This document shows positions 11,735-23,254 of a DNA stretch of 64,000 nucleotides, piece after piece. The translations under genes and the position numbers were made by a program. The stretch lies in the NCBI GenBank assembly GCA_963822945.1, contig CAWGJO010000004.1, forward strand, positions 96,001-160,000, read 5' to 3'. The stretch is from an uncultured Gemmatimonadaceae bacterium. GTDB taxonomy: Bacteria > Gemmatimonadota > Gemmatimonadetes > Gemmatimonadales > Gemmatimonadaceae. Position 1 is the stretch's first letter; each line of letters opens with the position of its first letter. The notes beneath the pieces are model-generated. The model had not been told where the DNA came from. It searched no databases and worked only from the letters and a program-made list of their open reading frames with translations.

Positions 11735-11768
11735 GAAGCGGCCCGCACCGGGTGGTGCGGGCCGCTTC
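11735..11768 (+). terminator. Hairpin, probable terminator
   Basis: Perfect 15-bp stem GAAGCGGCCCGCACC/GGTGCGGGCCGCTTC with GGGT loop, just after the stop. Confidence 0.6.
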
Positions 11769-11849
11769 GCCTTCGTCCGCCGGACGGCTCCGCGAATTCC
11801 CGGACAGTAGATAAACCGCATACCGCCCCGATAGTTTGCGGGATCCGAA

Positions 11850-13031
11850 ATGTCCGGAGGAGCAGCGATGGGTGTCGGGCGTGTGGGGCGCCGCGGGCGG
11901 GCGATGCGGGCGGCCGCCGCGGCAGTGGCGGTGGGCGCCGCGGCGTGCGGGGGCAAGCCGCAGTCCGCGGGACCCGGCGGATTCACCATGCCGCCGGCGC
12001 AGGTGGCGGTGGTGACCGTGAGTCCCCATGTGGTGGCGACGCCCTACGAATTCGCCGGGCAGGTCGAAGCATTCCGGCGCGTCGAAGTGCGCTCGCGGGT
12101 GGAAGGGGTGATCGAAGCCCGGCCGTTCACCGAAGGGTCGCTGGTGAGGCGCGGCGCCTTGCTGTATCAGCTCGACACGGTCCGCTACTCCGCGGCGTAC
12201 GAAGGCGCCCTGGCAACGTACGACAACGCCACGCGAACGCTCGCCCGGTTGCAGCCGCTGCTTCCGCGTCACGCGGTGGCGCAGCAGGACGTGGACAACG
12301 CCCGGACGGCCGTCGAGGCGGCGAAGGCCGCGCTCGACCAGGCCCGCAAGGACCTGCAGATACGCAGATCCGCGCCGGGATCGACGGGCGCATCGCGCGT
12401 ACGCGGCTGGAGGTCGGCGCTCGCGTCACCGGGCCGGCGGACCTCCTGACGACGATCGATCAGCTCGATCCCATCTATGTCGGTTTCCGTCCGCCGTCCG
12501 ACCGGATCGCGGCCTGGCATCGCAGCGCCGCGGATCGCGCGCTGATCCGGCCGGGCAGCAAGCTCAAGGTCCACGTGGTGTTCGAGGACGGCTCGGAGCT
12601 GCCCGCCGTGGGCCGGCTCGACTACGTGTCGCCGGTGATCGACTCCGCCACCGGGACGCAGGAATACCGCGCGCGTTTCGCCAACCGCGACGGGACGCTC
12701 GTGCCGGGCGAGTTCGTGCACGTCCGGCTCGACGGGTTCGTGGATCCGACACGCGATCACGGTGCCGCAGCGGGCGGTGCAGCAGGGGCTCGGGCGCCAG
12801 TTCGTGTATGTCGTGGGACCGGGCGATACGGTCTCGACGCGCGATGTCGTGCCCGGCCGGTGGACGGGCCACGACTGGGTGATCGACAGCGGGCTCGTGG
12901 CGGGCGACCGGGTGATCGTGGACGGGGTGCAGAAGGTGGGCCCGGGCCGGGTGGTGAAGCCCGTGCCGGCGACCGATTCGAGTGCCGGTGACGCCGCCGC
13001 GGCGGCACGCCCGGGCGGCGCCAAGCCGTGA
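11850..13031 (+). CDS. RND efflux periplasmic adaptor (AcrA/MexA-like) lipoprotein; frameshifts at about 12358 and 12752
   Basis: Lipobox AAAC, VEVRSRVEG, LYQLD, then (next frames) QLDPIYV, LVPGEFV, VPQRAV, SGLVAGDRVIVDGVQKV. Confidence 0.88.
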
Positions 13032-16000
13032 GCGGCCTCGTGCCGACCGCCGAGGGAGGGAGCGGCGGGCCGAGCGGCGGTGGGCGTCCCCCGGAAGCGC
13101 GCTACTTCTTCATCCGGCGCCCGGTGTTGGCGTCGGTGCTGTCCATCGTCATCACGCTGCTCGGGCTGCTGGCGATCTTCGTGCTGCCCGTCGCGCAGTA
13201 CCCGAACATCACGCCCCCGGCCATCCGGGTCACGGCGGTCTATCCGGGGGCATCCGCCGAGGACGTGGAACAGGCCGTGGCGGCGCCGATCGAAGAGCAG
13301 CTGGCGGGGCTGCAGGGCCTCCTCTACTACTCGTCGGCGAATTCGAGCGACGGGACGATGATGCTGACGATCACGTTCGACGTGTCGCGCGATCAGGATC
13401 TCGCGGCGGTCGACGTGCAGAACGCCATCAAGCTCGCCGAGCCGCAGCTTCCACAGTCGGTGCTCACCAACGGGATCACGATCGTCAAGGCGAACACCAA
13501 CATCCTGGCGCTGGTGGCGTTGACGTCCGACGATCCCAAGTACGACGCGTCGTATCTCACCAACTACCTGAATCTGTACGTGCTCGACGAGCTGAAGCGC
13601 GTACCCGGGGTGGGCGATGCGACGGCCTTTGCCGGGCTCAACTACGCGATGCGGATCCAGCTCGATCCCGAGAAGATGGCGCGGTTGGGGATCACCGTCG
13701 GCGACGTGACGAGCGCGGTGCGCGAACAGAACGCTACCAACCCGGCCGGGCGGCTGGGGCGGGAGCCGTCGCCGCCGGGCACGGAGTTGACGATCCCGGT
13801 CACGGCGCAGGGACGATTGCAGACCACGCAGCAGTTCGACGACATCATCGTCCGGGCCCGGCCCGACGGGGCGGTGGTGCGCATTCGCGACATCGGACGG
13901 GCGGTGCTCGGTGCCCAGAGCTACGACCTGCAGGGGCGGCTGGACGGCCGGCCCACCGCGGTGGTGCTGCTCTACGCGCGGCCGGGCGCCAACGCGCTCG
14001 CCGTGAAGGATGCGATCGCGAAGCGGATGGACGAACTGTCCGCGAGCTTCCCGCGGGGCGTGAAGTACGAGATTCCGTTCGACACCACGCCCTTCGTCAC
14101 CGCATCGATTCGCGAGGTCTCGATCACGCTCATCGAAGCGCTGATCCTGGTGACGCTGGTGGTGTTCCTCTTCCTGCAGAGCTGGCGGGCCACGCTGATT
14201 CCCATGCTCGCCGTGCCGGTGAGCGTGATCGGCACCTTCGGCGGGCTGCTCGTGCTGCACATGTCGATCAACGTGCTCACGCTGTTCGGCCTCGTGCTGG
14301 CCATCGGGATCGTGGTGGACGACGCGATCGTCGTGATCGAGAACGTCGAGCGCATCATGGCCAGCGAGAAGCTGCCCGCGCGCGAGGCCGCCGACCGGGC
14401 CATCACGCAGGTGGCGAGCGCGCTGGTGGCCATCGTGCTGTCGCTCTGCGCCGTGTTCATCCCGGTGGCGTTCATCGGCGGGGTGACGGGCGCGCTCTTT
14501 CGGCAGTTCGCCATCACGATCGTCGTCGCGGTCGTCCTGTCCGGGATCGTGGCGCTCAGTCTCACGCCGGCGCTCTGTTCGCTGCTGCTCAAGGAGTCGA
14601 ACGAGGCGAACACCACCGGCTTCTTCGGCTGGTTCAACCGCACCTTCGAGCGCGGCCGCCGGCGCTACACCGGGATCACCGGGAGCGTGCTCGACCACCC
14701 CCGCGTCTGGCTCGCGTTCTTCCTGGTGATCGTCGCGCTCACGGGGCTGCTCTGGCGCCGCATTCCGACGGCGTTCCTCCCCACGGAGGACAAGGGATAC
14801 ATGGCGATCGCGGTGCAGCTCCCGGACGCCGCTTCCCTGCAGCGCACGGTGGACGTGGTGCAGCAGGTCGAAGGCATTCTCCGGCAGCAGCCCGGGGTGG
14901 CGCACTTCGTGGCGCTGGCGGGGTTCAGCATCCTCGGCTTCTCGTCGCAGACCAACGCCGCGACGGTGTTCGCGCAGTTCAAACCGTGGGGCGAGCGGGG
15001 GCCGGGGCAGTCGGCCGACGCGATTGCCGCGCGGGTGAACGGGGCGCTGTTTGCCCTCAAGGGCGCCACGGCGTTCGCCTTCAATCTGCCCGAGGTGCCG
15101 GGTCTCGGCACGTCGGCCGGCATCGAGCTCAACCTGCAGAACCGCAGCGGACAGGACATCCGTGCCTTCGCGCAGCAGGTGCAGGCGTTCCAGGCGGACG
15201 TGAACCAGTTGCCGGCCGCGCAGAACGTTACCACCCAGTTCCGCGCCAGCGTCCCGCAGTTGTATGTAAACGTCGATCGTACGGCCGCCAAAGCGCGCGG
15301 CGTGAATCTGAACGACCTCTTCGGCACGCTGCAGACCTTTCTCTCGTCCGTGTACATCAACGATTTCAACCTGCACGGCAAGACGTTCCGCGTGCAGGCG
15401 GAGGCCGAGCCGCAGTTCCGGCAGTCCCCGGCCGACATAGGCCACTTGTACGTGCGTGGCCGCGGCGATGCCATGATCCCGGTGTCGGCGCTCACCACGA
15501 CCGAGTTCCGGAGCGGCCCGACGGTCATTCCGCGCTTCAACGGATTCCCGTCGGCGCTGTTCACCGGCACGCCCAAGCCGGGGTGGAGCTCGGGCCAGTT
15601 GCTCAACCAGATCGACTCGCTCGTCAGGACGCGGTTCGCCTCATCGGGGGTCGGTGTCGCGTATTCCGGGCAGTCGTACCAGGAGCGAGCCTCGAGCGGT
15701 GATGCGGCGCTCGTCTTCGGCATCGGGTTGCTGATCGTGTTTCTGGTGCTCGCGGCGCAGTACGAGAGTTGGTCCGTCCCGTTCGCGGTGCTGCTCGGAC
15801 TGCCGTTCGGCGTGCTCGGGGCGTTGCTCGGCATCTGGCTGCGCGGTCAGGCCAACGACATCTATTTCCAGGTGGGGGTGATCGCCGTGGTCGGGTTGGC
15901 GGCCAAGAACGCGATTCTGATCGTGGAATTCGCCACGGAGCTGCGCGGACAGGGCATGTCGATTCGTGAGGCCGCGCACGAAGCGGCGCGCGAGCGGTTG

Positions 16001-16237
16001 CGCCCCATTCTCATGACCTCGTTCGCGTTCATTCTCGGCGTGCTGCCGTTGGCGATCGCCACCGGCGCCGGCTCGGCGAGCCGCCACTCGATCGGCACCG
16101 GAGTGTTCGCGGGCATGCTCATCGCGACGACCGTGGGCATCTTCTTCATTCCGCTGTTCTTCGAAGTGATCCGGCAGCTCGCCGAGGGCGGGCGCGCACG
16201 GGCGGCCGCCCGGGACGCCGCGGGAGGGACACGATGA
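13028..16237 (+). CDS. Multidrug efflux RND permease (AcrB/HAE1 family)
   Basis: FFIRRPV, QYPNITPP, GIVVDDAIVVIENVER, AAKNAILIVEFA, RLRPILMTS. Confidence 0.96.
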   Translation: MSGLVPTAEGGSGGPSGGGRPPEARYFFIRRPVLASVLSIVITLLGLLAIFVLPVAQYPNITPPAIRVTAVYPGASAEDVEQAVAAPIEEQLAGLQGLLYYSSANSSDGTMMLTITFDVSRDQDLAAVDVQNAIKLAEPQLPQSVLTNGITIVKANTNILALVALTSDDPKYDASYLTNYLNLYVLDELKRVPGVGDATAFAGLNYAMRIQLDPEKMARLGITVGDVTSAVREQNATNPAGRLGREPSPPGTELTIPVTAQGRLQTTQQFDDIIVRARPDGAVVRIRDIGRAVLGAQSYDLQGRLDGRPTAVVLLYARPGANALAVKDAIAKRMDELSASFPRGVKYEIPFDTTPFVTASIREVSITLIEALILVTLVVFLFLQSWRATLIPMLAVPVSVIGTFGGLLVLHMSINVLTLFGLVLAIGIVVDDAIVVIENVERIMASEKLPAREAADRAITQVASALVAIVLSLCAVFIPVAFIGGVTGALFRQFAITIVVAVVLSGIVALSLTPALCSLLLKESNEANTTGFFGWFNRTFERGRRRYTGITGSVLDHPRVWLAFFLVIVALTGLLWRRIPTAFLPTEDKGYMAIAVQLPDAASLQRTVDVVQQVEGILRQQPGVAHFVALAGFSILGFSSQTNAATVFAQFKPWGERGPGQSADAIAARVNGALFALKGATAFAFNLPEVPGLGTSAGIELNLQNRSGQDIRAFAQQVQAFQADVNQLPAAQNVTTQFRASVPQLYVNVDRTAAKARGVNLNDLFGTLQTFLSSVYINDFNLHGKTFRVQAEAEPQFRQSPADIGHLYVRGRGDAMIPVSALTTTEFRSGPTVIPRFNGFPSALFTGTPKPGWSSGQLLNQIDSLVRTRFASSGVGVAYSGQSYQERASSGDAALVFGIGLLIVFLVLAAQYESWSVPFAVLLGLPFGVLGALLGIWLRGQANDIYFQVGVIAVVGLAAKNAILIVEFATELRGQGMSIREAAHEAARERLRPILMTSFAFILGVLPLAIATGAGSASRHSIGTGVFAGMLIATTVGIFFIPLFFEVIRQLAEGGRARAAARDAAGGTR

Positions 16238-17712
16238 AGCGACGCTCGCTCGCCCTGCTGGCTGCCGCGCCGATGGCCGCCTGCATGATCGGTCCGTCGT
16301 ACCACGCGCCGGTGCCGGTACCGGCGGGCACCGCGATCACGAGACCGGCCGTCCCCGACTCGACGCGCGCGTTCTTCGATTCACTGGCCGCCGCCCGCCG
16401 GCGCGACAGCATCGCCACCGCGGCGACGCCGGTGATGCAGCGACTGGTCGTACAGGACTCGATGGCCGGCGTGGCGTGGCTCGACATCCTGCGCGACACG
16501 ACGCTCGTGAAGCTCGTGAACACCGCGCTGCGCCAGAACCGGAACCTGCAAACCGCCGTGGCGCGCATTCAGGAGTATCGCGCGGACGCCGGCGCGGCGC
16601 GGGCACCGCTGTTCCCCAGCGTCTCCGCCAATGGGTCCGTCTCCAGCAACCAGATCGCGCTCGGGTTCATTCCGCCCGTGTCGTACCGGGCGACGCGCGT
16701 CTCCGGGGACGTGGCGTGGGAGTTGGACTTCTGGGGGCGCATCCGGCACGGCCTCGATGCCGCGAACGCGGACGTGGGCGTTCAGGTGGCGGCCGAGCGC
16801 GGCGCCGTGCTGTCGCTGGTGAGCGACGTGGCGACGTCGTATCTGCAGCTCCTGGAACTCGATCAGGAGCACGCAATCGCGGAACAGACGCTCGCCTCGC
16901 GGCGGGCCACGCTCGCCATCGCCCGCCAGCGCTACGCGCAGGGGCTGATCTCGGAACTGGACGTGAAGCAGTTCGAAGCCCAGGTGGCGGCGCCGGCCGT
17001 GACGCTGGCCCAGACGGAGCGCGAGCGGGCGCAGACCGCGCACGCGCTCAATGTGCTGCTCGGCGAGGCCACGGCGCCGATTCCGCGCGGTGGAACGCTG
17101 GCCGCGGCCGTCAAGGCGCTCGTGGTGCCGGACTCGGTACCGGCCACGCTGCTCAGCCGGCGACCCGATCTGCAGCAGGCCGAACGGCAGTACGCTGCCG
17201 CCACCGCCCGGCTCGGCATGGCCGATGCGGCGCGGATGCCGACCATCATGGTGACGGGATCGTACGGGAGCCAGGCGGCCAAGCCGGGCGACCTGTTCGG
17301 CTCGAACACACGCATCTATCAACTCCAGGCCGGCGTGTCGATTCCCATCTTCGATGGCGGGCGACTGGCCGATCAGTCGGCGGCGGCGCGGGCGCGCGTG
17401 GAGCAGGCGAGACTCCAGTACCAGCAGGCGGCGCTCAGCGCCCTCCGTGACGCGAATGACGCGTTGGTGGCGGTGCACTCGGCGCGGGACGAGGAAGTGG
17501 CCCAGGCGACGCAGGTCGAGGCGCTCCGTGGCGCGCTCGACCTGGCGCAACTCCGCTATCAGTCCGGGCTGTCCAGCTACCTCGATCTCCTCGATGCGCA
17601 GCGAAGTCTGTTCGCGGCGCAACTGGCGCTGAGTCGGTCGCAATTGCAGCAACTCACCGCCGCCGTGCAGTTGTACAAGGCGCTCGGCGGCGGGTGGGCG
17701 GGATCGCCCTAG
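16234..17712 (+). CDS. RND outer-membrane factor lipoprotein (OprM/NodT family)
   Basis: Lipobox MAAC, WELDFWGR, LLSRRPD, LYKALGGGW; overlaps the permease stop. Confidence 0.95.
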   Translation: MKRRSLALLAAAPMAACMIGPSYHAPVPVPAGTAITRPAVPDSTRAFFDSLAAARRRDSIATAATPVMQRLVVQDSMAGVAWLDILRDTTLVKLVNTALRQNRNLQTAVARIQEYRADAGAARAPLFPSVSANGSVSSNQIALGFIPPVSYRATRVSGDVAWELDFWGRIRHGLDAANADVGVQVAAERGAVLSLVSDVATSYLQLLELDQEHAIAEQTLASRRATLAIARQRYAQGLISELDVKQFEAQVAAPAVTLAQTERERAQTAHALNVLLGEATAPIPRGGTLAAAVKALVVPDSVPATLLSRRPDLQQAERQYAAATARLGMADAARMPTIMVTGSYGSQAAKPGDLFGSNTRIYQLQAGVSIPIFDGGRLADQSAAARARVEQARLQYQQAALSALRDANDALVAVHSARDEEVAQATQVEALRGALDLAQLRYQSGLSSYLDLLDAQRSLFAAQLALSRSQLQQLTAAVQLYKALGGGWAGSP

Positions 17713-17745
17713 CGAGTCATCGGTCCGTCATGGCCCGTCGGCCGG

Positions 17746-18774
17746 TCAACGGGCGGGTTGATGCAACGTGAGCCCGAACGCCAGCTGCGTTGTGGTCGTG
17801 TGCGACGTGAACCGCGCAGTGCCGCCCGTGAATGGGAACGTCACGATATTGTCGAGGGTCTGCCGGAGCAGGCGAACATCGAAGGCCAGTTCTGGCGAGA
17901 GGTAGTGTCGAATCCCGATCGATGCGCCGTGCGTGCGGGTGTCGTAGCGATCCGGACTCCGGCCGGTGGTCGCGTCTCCGAACACGTCGACGAAAGGCTG
18001 GACCGCGAGTGCCGCCGGGTAGTACGCGCGCACGAGGGCGCTGCCCGAGTATATCGAGATCCGGGAAAGTCCATCCTGCGCCGGTGTGTATGAGGCGCCG
18101 CCGCCAACGCCTACCTGGAACCAGGAGGCGAGGAAGGGATCATATTCGCCGCTCAGCGAGGCCCCGTAGTGGGGCGAAACCGGTATGTTGACCGAAGCGT
18201 TCCAATCGAACGCGCCGCGCGTCTGGCGACCGACCGGCGCGTTGCCGAACAGTCCCGAGACGAAGGCCTCCGGTGCGGCGCTGAAGGCGGTCCCGGTCTT
18301 ACTGCCGGGCGCCGAGCTGGAGGCAACCTGAAACCGCGCGTCGACGGCCGTGAGCGGCGTGAGAAACCGGAGCCACCCGACGGCCGCTGACGCAGTGAAG
18401 ATTCCGAAGCGATGCTGTCCGCCCGATTCCCCAATCGACGCCGCGACGAAGGGCGCCGAGCGGGGGTTGTCGCCGAACAGGTAGCGGGCATTGGCCGATG
18501 CGCCGACGCTCTCACTCGCGAGCCCGGCGCTGGAGCCGGCATAGAACAGGCTGCCACCCAGTTGCAGATGGTTGTTCAGGAAGGGCGAGTATCCGAGGCC
18601 TACATTCCAGAGCGTGCTCGTGCCCTGCCGCCAGGTGACGCCGCCGCTGAGGCCGACGTTCGCCAGTCCGGTGACGGGCGCGGAGCTGCCCGCACCCCCG
18701 GTTTGCGCCGCCGCCGGCAGCGCCAGCACGATCAGGGTCAACAGCGTTGCGCTCATCGTTGCGCGTTTCGGCAT
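17746..18774 (-). CDS. Outer-membrane beta-barrel protein with two similar halves
   Basis: AGGAGG RBS, signal peptide (PAAAQ), alternating amphipathic beta strands, internal duplication. Confidence 0.7.
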   Translation of the reverse strand: MPKRATMSATLLTLIVLALPAAAQTGGAGSSAPVTGLANVGLSGGVTWRQGTSTLWNVGLGYSPFLNNHLQLGGSLFYAGSSAGLASESVGASANARYLFGDNPRSAPFVAASIGESGGQHRFGIFTASAAVGWLRFLTPLTAVDARFQVASSSAPGSKTGTAFSAAPEAFVSGLFGNAPVGRQTRGAFDWNASVNIPVSPHYGASLSGEYDPFLASWFQVGVGGGASYTPAQDGLSRISIYSGSALVRAYYPAALAVQPFVDVFGDATTGRSPDRYDTRTHGASIGIRHYLSPELAFDVRLLRQTLDNIVTFPFTGGTARFTSHTTTTQLAFGLTLHQPAR

Positions 18775-18965
18775 GCGGAATCCTCCTGAAGTCTGGGTGC
18801 GGAATCGGCACGTGCCGGCATCGGCGCTCGCATCCATATTTGTGCACGATTCTCTTCAGTTCATACGGGCCGGCTTCGCAATCCGTTGACATGGCAGTAG
18901 CCGTATAGTTTCGGCCTGGTGGCGGACGGCTCCGCCCGCTTCGCAACGCCGTCCGGTCTGCCGCC

Positions 18966-20424
18966 CTACGGCACGATCCGGTGACCGTTCACGAAGTCGT
19001 ACAGCGTCAGTTGGCGGAGCTGGTAATAGGCCGTCCAGTATCCGCGCAGCGCCTGCACGAATTGCAGCAGCGCCTGATCCTTGTCGTTCTGGGCGATGTA
19101 CAGGTTGTCGATGGTGATCTTGCCGATCACGTACCGCTCGTAAGCGACGTCGAACCGTTTGGAGGCCACGGTGTCGGCCTTCGCCGACACCGTGAGATTG
19201 CGCCCTGCCTGCGCGAGCTGCAGCGCGGCGAACCGTGCGTTCTGGATGGTCTGCTCACGCGTGGCCTGCGACGTGGCCGACTCCTGCTCCTGATCGGCCG
19301 TGGCGGCCTGGACGTCGGCGCGAGTGTGCGCCCCACTGGATGAGGGGCACCTGCACGCCCAGCGAAAGCTGCTGCGCCTGCAGCAGGTTGCGGTACGCGG
19401 CGCTCGCCGCCGACCCGCTGGCGTTGAACCCGTAGCTGGCCTGCAGCGTGGCGCCGATGCCGGTGCCCAGCCGGGCCTGGGTTACGGCGCGGCGGGCCTG
19501 GACATCCTGCAACGCGAGCGTCGTGACGGTGGAGCTGTTGTGCAGCGCTTCGGCGACGGCCCGCGCCGTGTCGAGCGGCACCACCGGTACGTCCGACGTG
19601 ACGACGATGCTCACGTTCGCATTCGCCGGCACGTTGATGGCCAGCCGGAACGCGGCGAGTGCCCGGTCGTAATCGAGCTTGGCGCCGTCCACCGAGGTGC
19701 GCGCGCGGAGCAGCGCCAGTTCGCTCTGCAGCAGATCGTTCTCGCCGATCTTGCCCACCTGGTAGCGGCCCTTGTTGAGCGTGTACAGGGTGTCGTTGAC
19801 CGCGGCGTTGTGCGTCGCGTTCCGCAGCGCGGAACGCGCCGAGTAGAGATCGAAGAAGGCGCTCGCCGTCGCCGCCGCCACCGACTCGCGCGCTTCGAGG
19901 TATTGCCGCTCGGCGATCTCGGTCCGGAGGTCCTGCTCCCGCGTGTCCCACTTGATGGTGTTGGGGCGCAGGATGGGCTGCGAGAGCGTCACCGTCATCG
20001 GCGCCGACGACCAGGTGCGTACCTGCTGGGCGCCGCTCATCTGAAAGCGCTGCAGCGAGGACGACACGCTGAGGTTGCCCCCCGTGAAGGGGAGCTTCTG
20101 GGAGATGGTGAGCCCGAGTTGCGACGTCGTCTGCTGCAGCGGGGTGAACAGCTGCGCGCCGCTGGGTTGGATGACCGGCACGATGGCCCGGCTGTAGTTC
20201 GGGACCGTTGCCGCGAGACTGATCTGCGGCAGGAGCCGAGCCCCGTAGGCATGATCCCGGGCCAGCGCGGCGGCGAGCGCGTCCCGGGCGGCGCGTGCCT
20301 GCAGGCCCTGCTTCTGCGCCAGCGCGATGGACTGTTGGAGCGTGAGGGAATCCTGGCCGCGGGCGGCCGGCGCGAACAGACAGAGGGCCGCGAGGAGGAC
20401 CCCGGGAATGACGGGTCGGATCAT
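18966..20424 (-). CDS. TolC-family outer-membrane protein; frameshifts at about 19200-19325
   Basis: Signal peptide ARGQ, LTLQQSIALA, LLPQISL, RYQVGKI, C-terminal RYVIGKITID...YYQLRQLTLYDF. Confidence 0.85.
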
Positions 20425-20432
20425 GGGGTGGC

Positions 20433-21847
20433 CTATTCGTAGCGGAGGCAGACGACGGGATCCTGCTGGGCGGCGCGCCACGCGGGCACGATCCCGAAAA
20501 CGAGGCCCACGGTGAACGAGACGCCGAAGGCGAGGAGCACGGAGAGCGAGGACACCGCGGTCGTGATGCCCGGCGAAGTGCTCGATGCCGCCGCTGATCA
20601 CCGCCCCCACGATGATGCCGGCGACGCCGCCCGCCACGCTGATCAGCATGGCCTCGCTCAGGAACTGGAAGAGGATGTCCTTCTGGGTCGCGCCGGTGGC
20701 CCGGCGGACCCCGATCTCGCGGATCCGCTCCAGCACGGACGCGAGCATGATGTTCATGATCCCGATCCCGCCGACGAGCAGCGAGATCGACGCGATGGCG
20801 CCGAGCACGATGTTGAAGATCGATCGCGTCCGCTGCTCCTGGCGCAACAGCAGCTCGGGCACGGTGATCTCGTAATCCACGACGTCGTTGTGTCGGCGCT
20901 TGAGCATCCGCCGCATGACGTCCGCCACCGCCGACATGTACTTGCTGTCGTCCACGCGAACGATGATCCGGTCGAGCTGGTTGTGGTTGGCGCGCTCGGC
21001 CCGCGCTGCTGCGAGTCGGTCGTCGTCGCCGGCCGCGTGACCGTGTACTGCCGGGCCGCACGCTCGAATGTCCTGCTGCGTGAGCAGCGCGCGGTTCCGG
21101 TAGCGCAGCAGCATGGTCTGGCGTGGGGACGTAGACGTCCATGTTGGCGTCGCGGATACCGAGCTGCTGCCGACGTCTGGGCGCTGCACGGGGCGGTCGG
21201 CGAGCACGCCCACCACCGTGAGCCACACGTTCCCCACCTTGAGCGTGCTTGCCGATGGGATCCTCCGTCGTGAAGAAGCGCGTGCGGACGCCCTGGCCGA
21301 TGATCGCCACCGCGCATGCCATCGCGCACCTGCGTGGGCGCGACCAGTCGGTGCCGCGCGCGATGCGCAGATTGAGCAGCCGGAAGTACGTGCGGATCGA
21401 CGCCCACGACCTTGCCGGATCGCCGCAGGCCCTCGCGGGTGAGCGTCGTGTTGAGCACGATCTCCCCGCTCGCGGCCACCGACGTGCGGCATGACGGCGG
21501 CAATGGCGGCTGGCGTCCTCGGTAGGTGAGCCCGGGCGTGTAGCGCACGACCTGTCGCTCTCGGGCTGCTGTCGGTCGGCCTTCTCTTCCTTCTGCTCCA
21601 CGATCGGCGTGACGATCACGTTGTTCGAGCCCAGCAGCTGCATCTGCTGGAGGATCTCCTGCTCGGCGCCCGGCCGATGGCGAGCATGGCGATCACCGAC
21701 GCGACGCCGAACAGGATGCCGAGCGAGGTGAGGCCGGCTCGCAGCTTGTTGTGCCCGACGGCCTCGAACGGCCGTGCGGAGGCTGGACAGGACGTGCGCG
21801 ATGATCTGTCGCCGCAGCGTGGCGACCGTCTCGTTGAGCGTCGGCAT
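20433..21847 (-). CDS. ABC transporter permease (MacB/FtsX family); multiple frameshifts
   Basis: LTSLGILFGVASVIAML, ISLLVGGIGIMNIMLASVLERIREIGVRRATGA, QFLSEA, ends PAWRAAQQDPVVCLRYE*. Confidence 0.85.
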
Positions 21848-21852
21848 GCCGC

Positions 21853-23254
21853 TCAGCCCGGCGAGAGCACGTGATGCGTGCTGTCCGCGGACGGGGCCGG
21901 CGGGGCGCCCTTCACTCCCGGTGTTGCCTTCTTCGAAGGCGCCGGCTGCACCGGAAGGGCGGTGTCGCCGTTCGGCACGGGAGCCACGTTGTGGGACCCC
22001 GGCAGATGTACGATCGCCAGACGGTCGTGATCCGCGGGTGCCGCCATCAGAATGCGGTCGCCCGGCTTGAGCCCCCGCGTGACGATCACATCGTCGTCGT
22101 TCATCTGCGCCGTCTCCACTTCCTGCTTGACCACGTGGGAGCCGGACTGGACGTAGACCACGGGCAGGCCGCTGTCGGTGCTCACCGCCTCGATGGGGAT
22201 GTAGATGACGTCCTTGGCGGTGAACGTGTTGATGGCGTTTCCGGTCGTCATGCCGGGGCGGAGCGTCGTATCGGGCTTCTCGATGTTGATATGGACCTCG
22301 AACACCTTGGCGTCGGAGTTCGGACGCTGCTCGCCGACGTTGGCCACGTTCGTGACCGACCCCGGTCAGCTTCTTCCCGGGATCCGCGTCGAGCGTGATG
22401 GCCACGTGCTGGCCGACGGCCACCTTGCGCACGTCGATCTCGTTCACGTAGGTCATCGACTCCATCTTGGTGAGATCGGGCAGCGTGGCCACCACGCCAT
22501 CGAAGCTGTTGACCTGCGAGCCCGCCGTGCGCTTCTGCCCGTTGTATTCCCGTTGGTAGATCACCATGCCGGGCGACGGCGCGCGGATCGTGAATCCCGC
22601 CATGACCGACTGGACCATCTGCAGCTGGTTCTTCTGACGGCTCAGATCGGCGCTCTGCTCGCTCATCTTGGCCTTGGCCTGCAGCACCTGGGTCTTGTAA
22701 TCCAGCCTTGGCCTGGTCACCGCGCGTTGGGCCTGCTGGTAGTCGATATCCGTCTGCTGCTGAATGCTCGGCGCCTCGTAGATCGACTGTTCCTTCACGA
22801 TCTTCTTCTGCTCCAGAGCCAGCTCGAGGGACCGGATGTTCTCGCGCGCCTTGGAGAGGGTGAGCGCCGAGTCCAGCATGGCCTGCTCGTACTCCGCCTG
22901 GGCCTTCTGCACGCCCAGCGTCACCTCGGCCAGCTTGGGCGCCAGTGTGGCCCGATCGAGCTCGCCACCACGTCCCCGGTCTTCACCAGCGTGCCCTCGG
23001 GCACGAGCGGTGGCGATCTTCATCTGATAGATCTGCGCCTGCATCGCCCCCTGCGGCACCGTGATCTGCACCGACTTGCGCGCACGAAGTTCGCCCGAGG
23101 TTGTGACCAGCACGCTGAAATCGCCGTGCTTCACGGTGGTGACCAGCGCGGTATCGGGCACCGCATCGTTGTGGGCGAACAGCCAGGTGGCGGGGATGCC
23201 GAGCAGCACGACCACGACTGCGACGCGGAACCAGCGCGAACGGACGAGCGCCAT
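21853..23254 (-). CDS. HlyD/MacA-type periplasmic adaptor; frameshifts at about 22365 and 22970-23010
   Basis: N-terminal TM, coiled coil, IRAPSPGMVIY, VNEIDVRKV, LRPGMT, YIPIEAV, GLKPGDRI. Confidence 0.85.

Noticed and set aside
6061..11768. Two hairpins sharing a GGGT loop as a possible REP family
   Set aside because: The stems differ and there are only two copies; ordinary terminators explain them
12340..12770. Programmed frameshifting in the RND adaptor and other singly shifted genes
   Set aside because: No shared slippery motif seen; scattered indels across unrelated genes fit sequencing error
12269..15445. 1058-aa minus-strand ORF, and similar long antisense ORFs (39050..41266, 52822..55719, 3196..5094, 59177..61054)
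   Set aside because: Shadow ORFs opposite well-supported genes; expected at high GC and carry no motifs
18886..18909. TTGACA...TATAGT sigma70-like pair
   Set aside because: Spacer is only 12 nt and it points antisense to the flanking genes
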